43,043 nt of DNA from the UHGV virus genome UHGV-1376855; one strand, written 5' to 3'. The stretch is from a virus. Of this stretch, positions 25,562 through 32,362 are shown one piece after another. The notes below the pieces were generated by a model. That model did no database searches, was not told the DNA's origin, and worked only from the letters and a program-made list of their open reading frames with translations. Every line of letters starts with the position of its first letter. Within the stretch, counting starts at the first letter, position 1. Made by a program: the position numbers and the translations under genes.

Positions 25562-26278
25562 CTAATCTTCCGTTTCTACGAGTTCTCCATCTTTAAGCAT
25601 GTACCATGTATCTGCTTTGATGTTTACTCCATCAACAACTACTGCTTTCCAGCTGGAAATTTTACATCTATTTTGTTCTTCTTCTGCAATAACCAAAATT
25701 GAACCTAGCCCTCCTTTTGTTTTTACCCTATTTCCTCTTGCAACAGATAATCCATTTTCGCCTGTTGATGATTTTCCCCGACTTGTTGCTGCTCCGTAGT
25801 CCCCGGCTGTTGCTGCTCCGTAGTCCCCGGCTGTTGCTACTCCGTGGTACCCGGCTGTTGCTGCTCCGCAGTCCCCGGCTGTTGCTGCTCCGTAGTCCCC
25901 GGCTGTTGCTGCTCCGTAGTCCCCGGCTGTTGCTGCCTTAGATTCTATACAAGTTGTTTCAATCTTTTCCTTGGTATATTTGATGGCCGCATTTACAATT
26001 CCAGCAATACTCAACTGCGCACCAATGTGCATCTTTGTTGATGCAATTTTACTATCATCATCGTGTCTGCTTATGTCTCCACTCTGCTCTACCTCACAAT
26101 ACACAGATTTTGATGGTGGATAATATTTAAAACAATCAAGTGGGTATTCGCATGCATGCATTCCGCACTCACAAGCAACGGCTTTATCTTCCTCGTAATC
26201 CTTTCCCACTTCATATTGTTTATTTTTGCAGGTCATATCTTTGTTAAAACCTTTATACGATTTTATTATTTCTTCCAT
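25562..26278 (-). CDS. repeat protein with Cys-cluster N-terminus and 7x AATAGDYG octapeptide repeats
   Basis: start at the internal Met (MEEIIKSYK) with RBS AAAGGAGGAAAC; 24-bp DNA tandem repeats inside. Confidence 0.55.
   Translation of the reverse strand: MEEIIKSYKGFNKDMTCKNKQYEVGKDYEEDKAVACECGMHACEYPLDCFKYYPPSKSVYCEVEQSGDISRHDDDSKIASTKMHIGAQLSIAGIVNAAIKYTKEKIETTCIESKAATAGDYGAATAGDYGAATAGDCGAATAGYHGVATAGDYGAATAGDYGAATSRGKSSTGENGLSVARGNRVKTKGGLGSILVIAEEEQNRCKISSWKAVVVDGVNIKADTWYMLKDGELVETED
25786..25935. repeat. 24-bp tandem repeat (~6.5 copies; consensus on plus CCCCGGCTGTTGCTGCTCCGTAGT) that keeps the reading frame
   Basis: direct repeats visible in the sequence. Confidence 0.8.
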
Positions 26279-26282
26279 GTTT

Positions 26283-26369
26283 CCTCCTTTAATCTTGTCA
26301 TTCCTACCCAACTCCTTTATAATTTAAGTACAGGCGTTGCTGCGCCGAGTACATAAGAAAGGAGATAAT
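26283..26369 (+). promoter_or_regulatory. promoter-leader cassette A: TTGTCA-17-TATAAT plus a leader hairpin GGCG-TTGCTG-CGCC and RBS AAGGAG
   Basis: ~80% identical to cassette B at 26845-26932. Confidence 0.5.
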
Positions 26370-26576
26370 ATGTCTGAAAATGCAATGTTGCTTCTTCGTA
26401 AAATGGCCAATGAATTTGATAAAACGAAGCGTAAATCTTTTGATTCTGACTTTTATATTGCTTTCTCTGATAGAATTATTAATGAATTAGAATCATATGG
26501 ATATATCATTTGCCGAAATGATGTTATAGCTTCAATAGAATTAACGTCTGCCGGATACGAAAAGGCAACCAATTAA
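26370..26576 (+). CDS. YjcQ-like small winged-helix protein (plus-strand moron antisense to the early operon)
   Basis: 68 aa from an internal Met; ...INELESYGYIICRNDVIASIELTSAGYEKA resembles the YjcQ family. Confidence 0.45.
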   Translation: MSENAMLLLRKMANEFDKTKRKSFDSDFYIAFSDRIINELESYGYIICRNDVIASIELTSAGYEKATN

Positions 26577-26815
26577 TTCCTAAGAGCCGTCTTGTTGGGC
26601 GGCTCTACTCCAATCAGAGTATTTGTTACCCTATCAACCTTACCATCTTCCAAAAATTCAAAATCATTCAAGTTAAAAGACATGGCAATTTCTGGATTCC
26701 TACCTGCTTCATGAACATAAGAAACGGATGAAATACCTTTCCCTATAGATTTTCCACATAATTCAAAATAGGTATGTTTTCCATCGCTCACCAATCTAAA
26801 CTTTGGTCCGTTCAT
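26573..26815 (-). CDS. hypothetical 80-aa protein
   Basis: RBS AGGAGGTG; its translation-initiation region is duplicated at 27297-27319. Confidence 0.4.
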   Translation of the reverse strand: MNGPKFRLVSDGKHTYFELCGKSIGKGISSVSYVHEAGRNPEIAMSFNLNDFEFLEDGKVDRVTNTLIGVEPPNKTALRN

Positions 26816-26844
26816 CCTCTCTCACCTCCTACTTTAAGAAATAG

Positions 26845-26932
26845 AAATCATTATCTTGTCATTCCTCCCCCTCACCTCTATAATCTAATTACAGGCGTTG
26901 CAGCGCCAAGTATAAAAATACGGGGTAATCTA
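26845..26932 (+). promoter_or_regulatory. promoter-leader cassette B: TTGTCA-17-TATAAT plus a leader hairpin GGCG-TTGCAG-CGCC
   Basis: paralogous to cassette A. Confidence 0.5.
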
Positions 26933-27211
26933 ATGAAAGAAACTACTGTCAAAGCACTCAATCTAGCTGTTGATGATATGCTAAAACGTGAGCAATCGTC
27001 TATCCAGCAATGTATATTGGCTGACTTAAACGATGATATGACACAAGAAGAAATATTTTCAAAAATGATTCTTAATTGTCTTTCTGTGTCTGTGAAATTA
27101 TCAACCCAGTCAATTTTAAGTCTGCTTGAAGAATCGGGAGTTCTTCGCCTTGATGAACGGGAAATTGAAAAGCATCTTTTAAAGCATCTTTCATCAAGGA
27201 TAGAGAAGTAG
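26933..27211 (+). CDS. hypothetical 93-aa protein (paralogous position to the YjcQ-like gene)
   Basis: follows cassette B; overlaps the antisense ORF 27072..27299. Confidence 0.35.
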   Translation: MKETTVKALNLAVDDMLKREQSSIQQCILADLNDDMTQEEIFSKMILNCLSVSVKLSTQSILSLLEESGVLRLDEREIEKHLLKHLSSRIEK

Positions 27212-27299
27212 AATCCTGTCGCTGGCTTTTGTGTTCAAGGTCAGCGACTCTTTTCTCCATCTGCTGCCATCGCTTTTTTGATATGTACGTTTCCATCAC
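27072..27299 (-). CDS. hypothetical 75-aa protein directly downstream of cro
   Basis: AGGAGGTG right next to the ATG (spacing too short to be optimal); overlaps the plus ORF, so one of the two may be spurious. Confidence 0.3.
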   Translation of the reverse strand: MMETYISKKRWQQMEKRVADLEHKSQRQDSTSLSLMKDALKDAFQFPVHQGEELPILQADLKLTGLIISQTQKDN

Positions 27300-27307
27300 C
27301 TCCTACT

Positions 27308-27493
27308 CTAAGAAATAAGCTTATCAACTTTGACTTTTAAAACATCCGCGACCGCTTTGAGGCTTTTTACAGTGGGACTTGAATCATTCCATTTGCTAAT
27401 AGCACCGTTTTTAAGTCCAGCAGTTGTTTCTACTTGTCGAACACTAATACCTTTTTCTTCACATATTGCTTTAATCCTATCGTAAATCAGCAA
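27308..27493 (-). CDS. Cro-like HTH regulator
   Basis: 61 aa; TTG start with RBS AAAGGAGG; HTH VRQVETTAGLKNGAISKW; divergent from the repressor. Confidence 0.65.
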   Translation of the reverse strand: MLIYDRIKAICEEKGISVRQVETTAGLKNGAISKWNDSSPTVKSLKAVADVLKVKVDKLIS

Positions 27494-27535
27494 CTTATAT
27501 CCTCCTTTCTTTTAGAAAAAATTCTACCTTATATA

Positions 27536-27564
27536 TTGACATGATGTAGATTTTATTCTATAAT
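27536..27564 (+). promoter_or_regulatory. sigma-70 promoter TTGACA-17-TATAAT, rightward (repressor/lysogeny transcript)
   Basis: consensus hexamers; overlaps operator O2. Confidence 0.5.
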
Positions 27565-27578
27565 CAAGTTACCAGCAA
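27550..27578 (-). promoter_or_regulatory. sigma-70 promoter TTGCTG-17-TAAAAT, leftward (cro/early-left transcript)
   Basis: -10 lies inside operator O2 and overlaps the divergent plus-strand promoter. Confidence 0.45.
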
Positions 27579-27644
27579 AATCATAGACAACATCAAAATC
27601 TGTATTTTACATTTGGTAGAATTTTTTCTACTCCATATATCTGT

Positions 27645-27673
27645 ATTATACAGACTATATTCTATGTTGTCAA
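27645..27673 (-). promoter_or_regulatory. second leftward consensus promoter TTGACA-17-TATAAT flanked by operators O3 and O4
   Basis: exact consensus hexamers at 17-nt spacing. Confidence 0.45.
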
Positions 27674-27715
27674 TAGTTTTTGTAGACTTTTTTCTACTTT
27701 TATCAGGAGGCCACC

Positions 27716-28096
27716 ATGACAACATATGATATAATTTCTGACCTTTGCAAACAACGCGGAATTGCGATTACGGCCTTAGAAAAGGAATTGGGATTTGGAA
27801 GGGGGTATATTGGTAAATTTAAGACCAGAGGCACAAGCCCGACAATAAAAAAACTCCAACAAATAGCTGACTATTTTGGAGTGTCGGTCAATGATTTAAT
27901 GCCCGGAAACGAGAAAGCAGAAGCTGACAGATACTATATCAATCCAGAAACTGCGGCCATAGCACAAGACATTTTCGAGAATAAAGAACTGCGTCTGCTA
28001 TTCGATGCTGCCAGGGATGCAACGGCAGATGATTTGAAAACTACACATGATATGCTTTTAGCTTTGAAAAGAAAGGAACGAGGCAATGTCGATTGA
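27716..28096 (+). CDS. cI-like repressor (HTH_XRE, no peptidase domain)
   Basis: RBS AGGAGG; N-terminal HTH ISDLCKQRGIAITALEKELGFGRGYIGKF; divergent from cro. Confidence 0.7.
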   Translation: MTTYDIISDLCKQRGIAITALEKELGFGRGYIGKFKTRGTSPTIKKLQQIADYFGVSVNDLMPGNEKAEADRYYINPETAAIAQDIFENKELRLLFDAARDATADDLKTTHDMLLALKRKERGNVD

Positions 28097-28316
28097 CTAC
28101 AACGTCCAATTGATTAGCTTTCCATCTGGAAAAGTACATGAAGCCGTAACGCCTAATGAGGATGGAACCGTTACTATATTTTTAGATAAAAATGCAACCA
28201 GAGAATCTCAAAGACAGAGGTTCTGGCATGTTATGAGGCACTTAGAAGGAAATGATTTTGAAAAAGATGATGTACAGAACATTGAATATGATGCACATTA
28301 TGGAGGATGCTCATGA
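28086..28316 (+). CDS. small protein translationally coupled to the repressor
   Basis: 76-aa ORF overlapping the repressor stop; unknown function. Confidence 0.45.
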   Translation: MSIDYNVQLISFPSGKVHEAVTPNEDGTVTIFLDKNATRESQRQRFWHVMRHLEGNDFEKDDVQNIEYDAHYGGCS

Positions 28317-29215
28317 GTATTAAAGGAACGACTAAGGAATTATATATCGGTAAAACAGGAGTTAATTTGATTACATTTATGGGGAATAAAGTATCCCTTG
28401 CATATGAACAAATGAAAAGAATTGATTATTGTTATGCGACCAGCAAAAAAGGGTATATGAATTTTGTAACGCAAGCAAACATTATAGAAAATTTTAATTT
28501 TTCTAATAATGCAAATGAATTGATTCAAAAAACTGTTGACTTTATTCATGAATATGCTCCTAATTTAGAAATAATAGAATATCATTTAGACGATGAAAAA
28601 AAGAACCGTTCAATAAAAATACAGGCTATTTTTGGATATAAAGAATTGGGATTGAAAACAGGATACATAATTATTACTCAAGAACCTTCTGGAAAAATAT
28701 TTTTAAATAAAGATAAGTCTACATTCTACGATTTAATTGAATATGAATGGGATGGACCAGAGTTTTCAACTTTAACAACTTCTTCAGGAACTACTACAGA
28801 AAAGAGCAAGACAAAATCAAAGGAAAAAACATCTAACATTGGATTAGGAGCAGTTGTAGGTAACATAATGCTTGGTGGAATAAATGGAAAAAATAAGGGA
28901 TTATCAAAAACTCTAGGGAATGTAGTTTCAAATTCTACAAAACTATCATCTAATATTGAAAAGTCTACCAATGCTACTATTACTTTCAGAAATCAAGATA
29001 GCAAAAAAATTTTCAAATTGTCATTCAAATGCACTAGAGAAATTGATTCAAAAATACGATGTTTTGATTTCTCTAAAATTCCTGATAAAGCGATAATAAT
29101 TAATGATGTGAAGCAAAATTTAGAAGGGATTAAGGCCTTAAAAGAATTACTTGACATTGGAGCATTAACACAAGAAGAGTTTGATGAAAAAAAGAAACAG
29201 ATTTTAAATATGTAA
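28313..29215 (+). CDS. SHOCT-domain protein with N-terminal bPH-like region and Gly-zipper segment (AT-rich cargo gene)
   Basis: C-terminus ALKELLDIGALTQEEFDEKKKQIL is a SHOCT motif; markedly lower GC than its neighbours; sits between repressor and integrase. Confidence 0.55.
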   Translation: MSIKGTTKELYIGKTGVNLITFMGNKVSLAYEQMKRIDYCYATSKKGYMNFVTQANIIENFNFSNNANELIQKTVDFIHEYAPNLEIIEYHLDDEKKNRSIKIQAIFGYKELGLKTGYIIITQEPSGKIFLNKDKSTFYDLIEYEWDGPEFSTLTTSSGTTTEKSKTKSKEKTSNIGLGAVVGNIMLGGINGKNKGLSKTLGNVVSNSTKLSSNIEKSTNATITFRNQDSKKIFKLSFKCTREIDSKIRCFDFSKIPDKAIIINDVKQNLEGIKALKELLDIGALTQEEFDEKKKQILNM

Positions 29216-29220
29216 AACAA

Positions 29221-29250
29221 AACCGGCCCCTGCGCCAACAGGAACCGGCC
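29221..29250 (-). terminator. GC-rich hairpin (GGCCGGTTCCTG-N6-CAGGGGCCGG) followed by TTTTGTTTT on the minus strand
   Basis: the U-run is on the minus strand only. Confidence 0.35.
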
Positions 29251-29381
29251 TACATACCCGAAGATATGTACTATAATTCGCACCTATATTGTACCATCTT
29301 CGGGGCGGCTTTGCAAGATATTTGCGGAGCTGTATTTTTTATACCTATTTTTAGGGAAATCAATTGAAGGAGGAAAGAGAA

Positions 29382-30455
29382 ATGACAAAGAAAGCCCCGA
29401 AAAAGAAAAAAGGAGAACTGCCGTCTGGAAATGTCCGAGTGCAAGTGTATCTGTATACAGATGATAAAGGCAAGCGGCATTACAAAAGCTTTGTTGCTCC
29501 ATCACGCAAGGAAGCAAAGGAAATGGCTACTCGATGGAAATTAGATATGAAAGATAAGCCCATAGAGCAATACAATGAACCGGATGAGGACGAGGACGAA
29601 GATATAACAGTGAACCAAGCTATTGAACGTTATTTAAACGTCAAGAAAGGCGTTTTAAGCCCTTCCACGCTTAGAGGGTACACAGGTATGCAAAGACAGT
29701 ATTTCGGCGGAGCATTTGGGCGTAAACGGCTCTCAGAACTAACGAATCCATCTGTACAGATATGGATAAGTGATTTGGCCTCTAAACAACTCTCTCCAAA
29801 GACAGTCCGAAATGCCTATGGCCTGTTATCTGCATCCCTGGAGATGTTTGCACCGGATTTAACTCTAAAAGTTAAACTGCCTCAGAAAAAACGTCCTGAA
29901 TTATATTGCCCCAATGACAATGATATTAAAAAGCTGCTGGAGGCAATCAAAGGTACTGATTTAGAAATAGCTGTTTTACTAGCAGCCTTTGGACCACTCA
30001 GACGCGGAGAGATAAGCGCCCTTACTGATAAAAATGTAGAGGGTCGTATTATCCATGTAAGAGACAATATGGTCAAGGGGCCAGACAATCAATGGTACAT
30101 CAAACAGCCTAAAACGGATGATAGTACAAGGGATGTAGAAATGCCCGCATTTGTAATTGACCGGATATCTGAAAAAAAAGGAAAGTTGCTTGATATGAAC
30201 CCGGATTACATCACACACCGATTCGGACGAGTACTCAAAAAGATTGATATACCCCATTTCCGCTTTCACGACCTCCGGCATTATGCTGCATCCATTATGC
30301 ACGCCATAGGCATACCGGACCAATATATTTTGCAGCGGGGAGGATGGGCCAGCGACAATATCATGAAAGCAGTATACAGAAATGTAATTGACTTGGAAAG
30401 CGTCCGGCAGAATAAAAAAATTAATAAGCACTTTGAAAAATTAAACAGCATGTAA
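29382..30455 (+). CDS. int: tyrosine integrase (site-specific recombinase)
   Basis: RBS GAAGGAGG; C-terminal catalytic region HDLRHYAASI...GGW with conserved R/H/Y; arm sites and attP downstream. Confidence 0.9.
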   Translation: MTKKAPKKKKGELPSGNVRVQVYLYTDDKGKRHYKSFVAPSRKEAKEMATRWKLDMKDKPIEQYNEPDEDEDEDITVNQAIERYLNVKKGVLSPSTLRGYTGMQRQYFGGAFGRKRLSELTNPSVQIWISDLASKQLSPKTVRNAYGLLSASLEMFAPDLTLKVKLPQKKRPELYCPNDNDIKKLLEAIKGTDLEIAVLLAAFGPLRRGEISALTDKNVEGRIIHVRDNMVKGPDNQWYIKQPKTDDSTRDVEMPAFVIDRISEKKGKLLDMNPDYITHRFGRVLKKIDIPHFRFHDLRHYAASIMHAIGIPDQYILQRGGWASDNIMKAVYRNVIDLESVRQNKKINKHFEKLNSM

Positions 30456-30546
30456 TAAAATAGCATATTTTTCGTGTTGCATCGTGTTGCATATATAATA
30501 AAAAATAGCATATCTTCCTCTGCGGCAGACGTAGGAAGTGCTGTTT

Positions 30547-30599
30547 AAAAACATGAAAAAACCTTGTAAATACGTTGTTTTTCCCGTATCTACAAGGTT
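30547..30599 (-). terminator. strong hairpin AACCTTGTA-(ATACG..CGTAT)-TACAAGGTT followed by TTTTCATGTTTTT on the minus strand
   Basis: 9+5-bp stem then a T-run; ends the late/lysis transcript or reconstitutes a tRNA terminator. Confidence 0.5.
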
Positions 30600-30602
30600 T
30601 TA

Positions 30603-30650
30603 TGGAAGAGCTGCTGACGGGAATCGGACCCGTAAAATACAACGGTTTTA
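30603..30650 (-). tRNA. tRNA 3'-end-like fragment (T-arm ACGGG-TCCGATT-CCCGT plus a 7-nt acceptor-like strand), candidate attP core
   Basis: perfect 5-bp stem with a 7-nt loop resembling the T-loop TTCGATT (one deviation) on the minus strand; no full tRNA present. Confidence 0.3.
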
Positions 30651-30743
30651 TGCGGTTTCCAGGCTCCGTGTTGCATTTCGTGTTGCATATTTCCGAAGAT
30701 GGTATAATATTTATAGAAGCGTCAGTGTAAAAATCTGGCGCTT

Positions 30744-31484
30744 TTATATTGAGTTAGAATCCTCTATGTACCAGATTTCCAGCGCCCCATTATCCTGACT
30801 ATGCCAGCAGGCTCCCTCAAACGGTCCGTTTGGTGTCGGGTCAAAGTAATACCAATCTCCCGAACCGTCAACCGGGTCACATGTGCTGCCATTCCAGCGG
30901 TGCCAGCTCGTGCAAGCATAACCATCCTTATTAAATAAGTACCAATGGTGATTTATGATACACCACTTATTAGCCGGGTAAGTTCCATCTGGTCTGCGGT
31001 ACCACCAGCCGTTATTGTCCTTAATCCAGCCAGTGCGTTCCTCTGTCACCCAGGTTTTCATAAATTCATCCGGTGTACGGTAAAGCTTTTTAATTCCAGA
31101 TGTGCTGCTCCCCCAATCTGGAAGCTGAAAATGTGGCTTGTCCATAATGGATTTCCAATTTCCTCCCCACTCCAGGCCAAGAGATACACCAATAGCACCT
31201 ACACGGTTAAAAAAACCATCAGATTCGTTGTAAGCTCCGGTCCCATCATTGCGAAAGATATCAAAAGCAGTCCCCCACTGATGATAGGAGCTATAGCTGC
31301 TACCGGGCGCATTAGTTACAATGTTGCCCGGTTTAGTCCTGCCCTGGGCATATAAATCATCCTGCTCTGCTACAGTACGCAGAGTTTCGCCTATCTTAAT
31401 TTTTAATCCCTGTTTATTACATTCATCCACCAATTGACCTGCTAAAAGCTGCAAACGTGGATGGCACAATGTGATATCTCTCAT
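30744..31484 (-). CDS. endolysin: M15 (VanY-like) peptidase domain plus C-terminal cell-wall-binding repeats
   Basis: SYHQWGTAFDI (SxHxxGxAxD) motif; C-terminal GW/WYYF-type repeats; start at MRDITL with GGAGG RBS. Confidence 0.8.
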   Translation of the reverse strand: MRDITLCHPRLQLLAGQLVDECNKQGLKIKIGETLRTVAEQDDLYAQGRTKPGNIVTNAPGSSYSSYHQWGTAFDIFRNDGTGAYNESDGFFNRVGAIGVSLGLEWGGNWKSIMDKPHFQLPDWGSSTSGIKKLYRTPDEFMKTWVTEERTGWIKDNNGWWYRRPDGTYPANKWCIINHHWYLFNKDGYACTSWHRWNGSTCDPVDGSGDWYYFDPTPNGPFEGACWHSQDNGALEIWYIEDSNSI

Positions 31485-31486
31485 AA

Positions 31487-31612
31487 TCATCCTCCAATTA
31501 TGCTGTTCTTCTGTTGCTCTGTAATCCATCCAAGTAATACAGCCCGGTTAAGCTCATCAATAGTTAATGGACCTTTACCATTGTTATATAATCTTTTTAA
31601 CGTTGTATACAT
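31487..31612 (-). CDS. XkdX-family small protein (41 aa)
   Basis: ...YNNGKGPLTIDELNRAVLLGWITEQQKNSIIGG matches the XkdX pattern; strong RBS GGAGGTG; coordinates approximate. Confidence 0.4.
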   Translation of the reverse strand: MYTTLKRLYNNGKGPLTIDELNRAVLLGWITEQQKNSIIGG

Positions 31613-31613
31613 A

Positions 31614-32027
31614 TTACACCTCCAACTGACTTAAAATCATTGCATCCACTGTATCTTGCAAGGTCTGTACTGTATCCCGGATATCTGGCCTACGAAGTTT
31701 AACTACCATAACGGTATCCTTCACTTCCTTGGTTTCATAATTCGGCGCTTCTTCGGTTCCGGTATTTACTGTTTCATAGGATATGGCATAATCCATTTTC
31801 TTTTGCATCTCCACCAACCGGGTAAATCCTGTTTTTACTTCCATCGGCTGACCATTCAAACCAAGTATGTAAATTTTTTCTGTGTTTGTCACATTGAATT
31901 CTACTTCTACTGTTTCAAAACTGTCTAGGCCGGGAAGAAACGAAAGGGTTAGGTAATCTCCTGATTCTTCCACCCCGTTTGTTATTAAGTCGTATTTTGT
32001 GTTGTTTGATAATTTTAATTGGTTCAT
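31614..32027 (-). CDS. hypothetical tail-module protein (XkdW-like position)
   Basis: start at the internal Met with RBS AAAGGAG. Confidence 0.45.
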   Translation of the reverse strand: MNQLKLSNNTKYDLITNGVEESGDYLTLSFLPGLDSFETVEVEFNVTNTEKIYILGLNGQPMEVKTGFTRLVEMQKKMDYAISYETVNTGTEEAPNYETKEVKDTVMVVKLRRPDIRDTVQTLQDTVDAMILSQLEV

Positions 32028-32362
32028 TTGACTCCTTTCGTGGATATGGTTTTTATATAGCAAATAGCAATTTACCATACATAGACACCAGCAAAAAAAT
32101 TAAAGATGGGTTTGCTAACGGTACAAGTTGGGCAGCTACAGAGGATTGTATAGTTTGTGGTTCCATTGGTTTTAACATCTCAGCTCAGGGTTGTAATGTA
32201 CTTATAAATGGGATAAATATTTTTTGGGTCAATAATGATGTCACAGTCAATTCGTCAATGCCTATATGGTTTTCTGTGCGTAAAGGTGATACCGTACGAT
32301 TTATTGGTTATAACAATCAAGTTCCAATCCTTACGAACCTACATGCCTTCAGCACAAAATGA

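Larger units (their letters stand above)
27513..27697. promoter_or_regulatory. four operator palindromes (G)TAGAA-N4-TTCTA(C) at ~27513-27527, 27546-27561, 27616-27631 and 27682-27697
   Basis: perfect or near-perfect inverted repeats seen directly. Confidence 0.55.
30456..30743. mobile_element. attP-like region: paired arm-type direct repeats CGTGTTGCAT x2 (30473-30492) and x2 (30667-30688), flanking repeats AAAATAGCATAT, and a central tRNA-3'-like core
   Basis: integrase-adjacent, symmetric arm repeats and a T-arm-like hairpin seen in the sequence. Confidence 0.5.

Noticed and set aside
25699-25941. Plus-strand ORF encoding RSPRLLLL repeats
   Set aside because: An artefact of reading the 24-bp tandem repeat of the minus-strand gene in the antisense frame.
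30603-30650. Calling a complete tRNA gene
   Set aside because: Only a T-arm plus acceptor-like 3' fragment is present; no D-arm or anticodon arm can be folded upstream, so at most it is an attP core fragment.
30538-30798. 86-aa plus-strand ORF spanning attP
   Set aside because: Crosses the arm repeats, terminator and tRNA-like core; basic low-complexity translation; no RBS.
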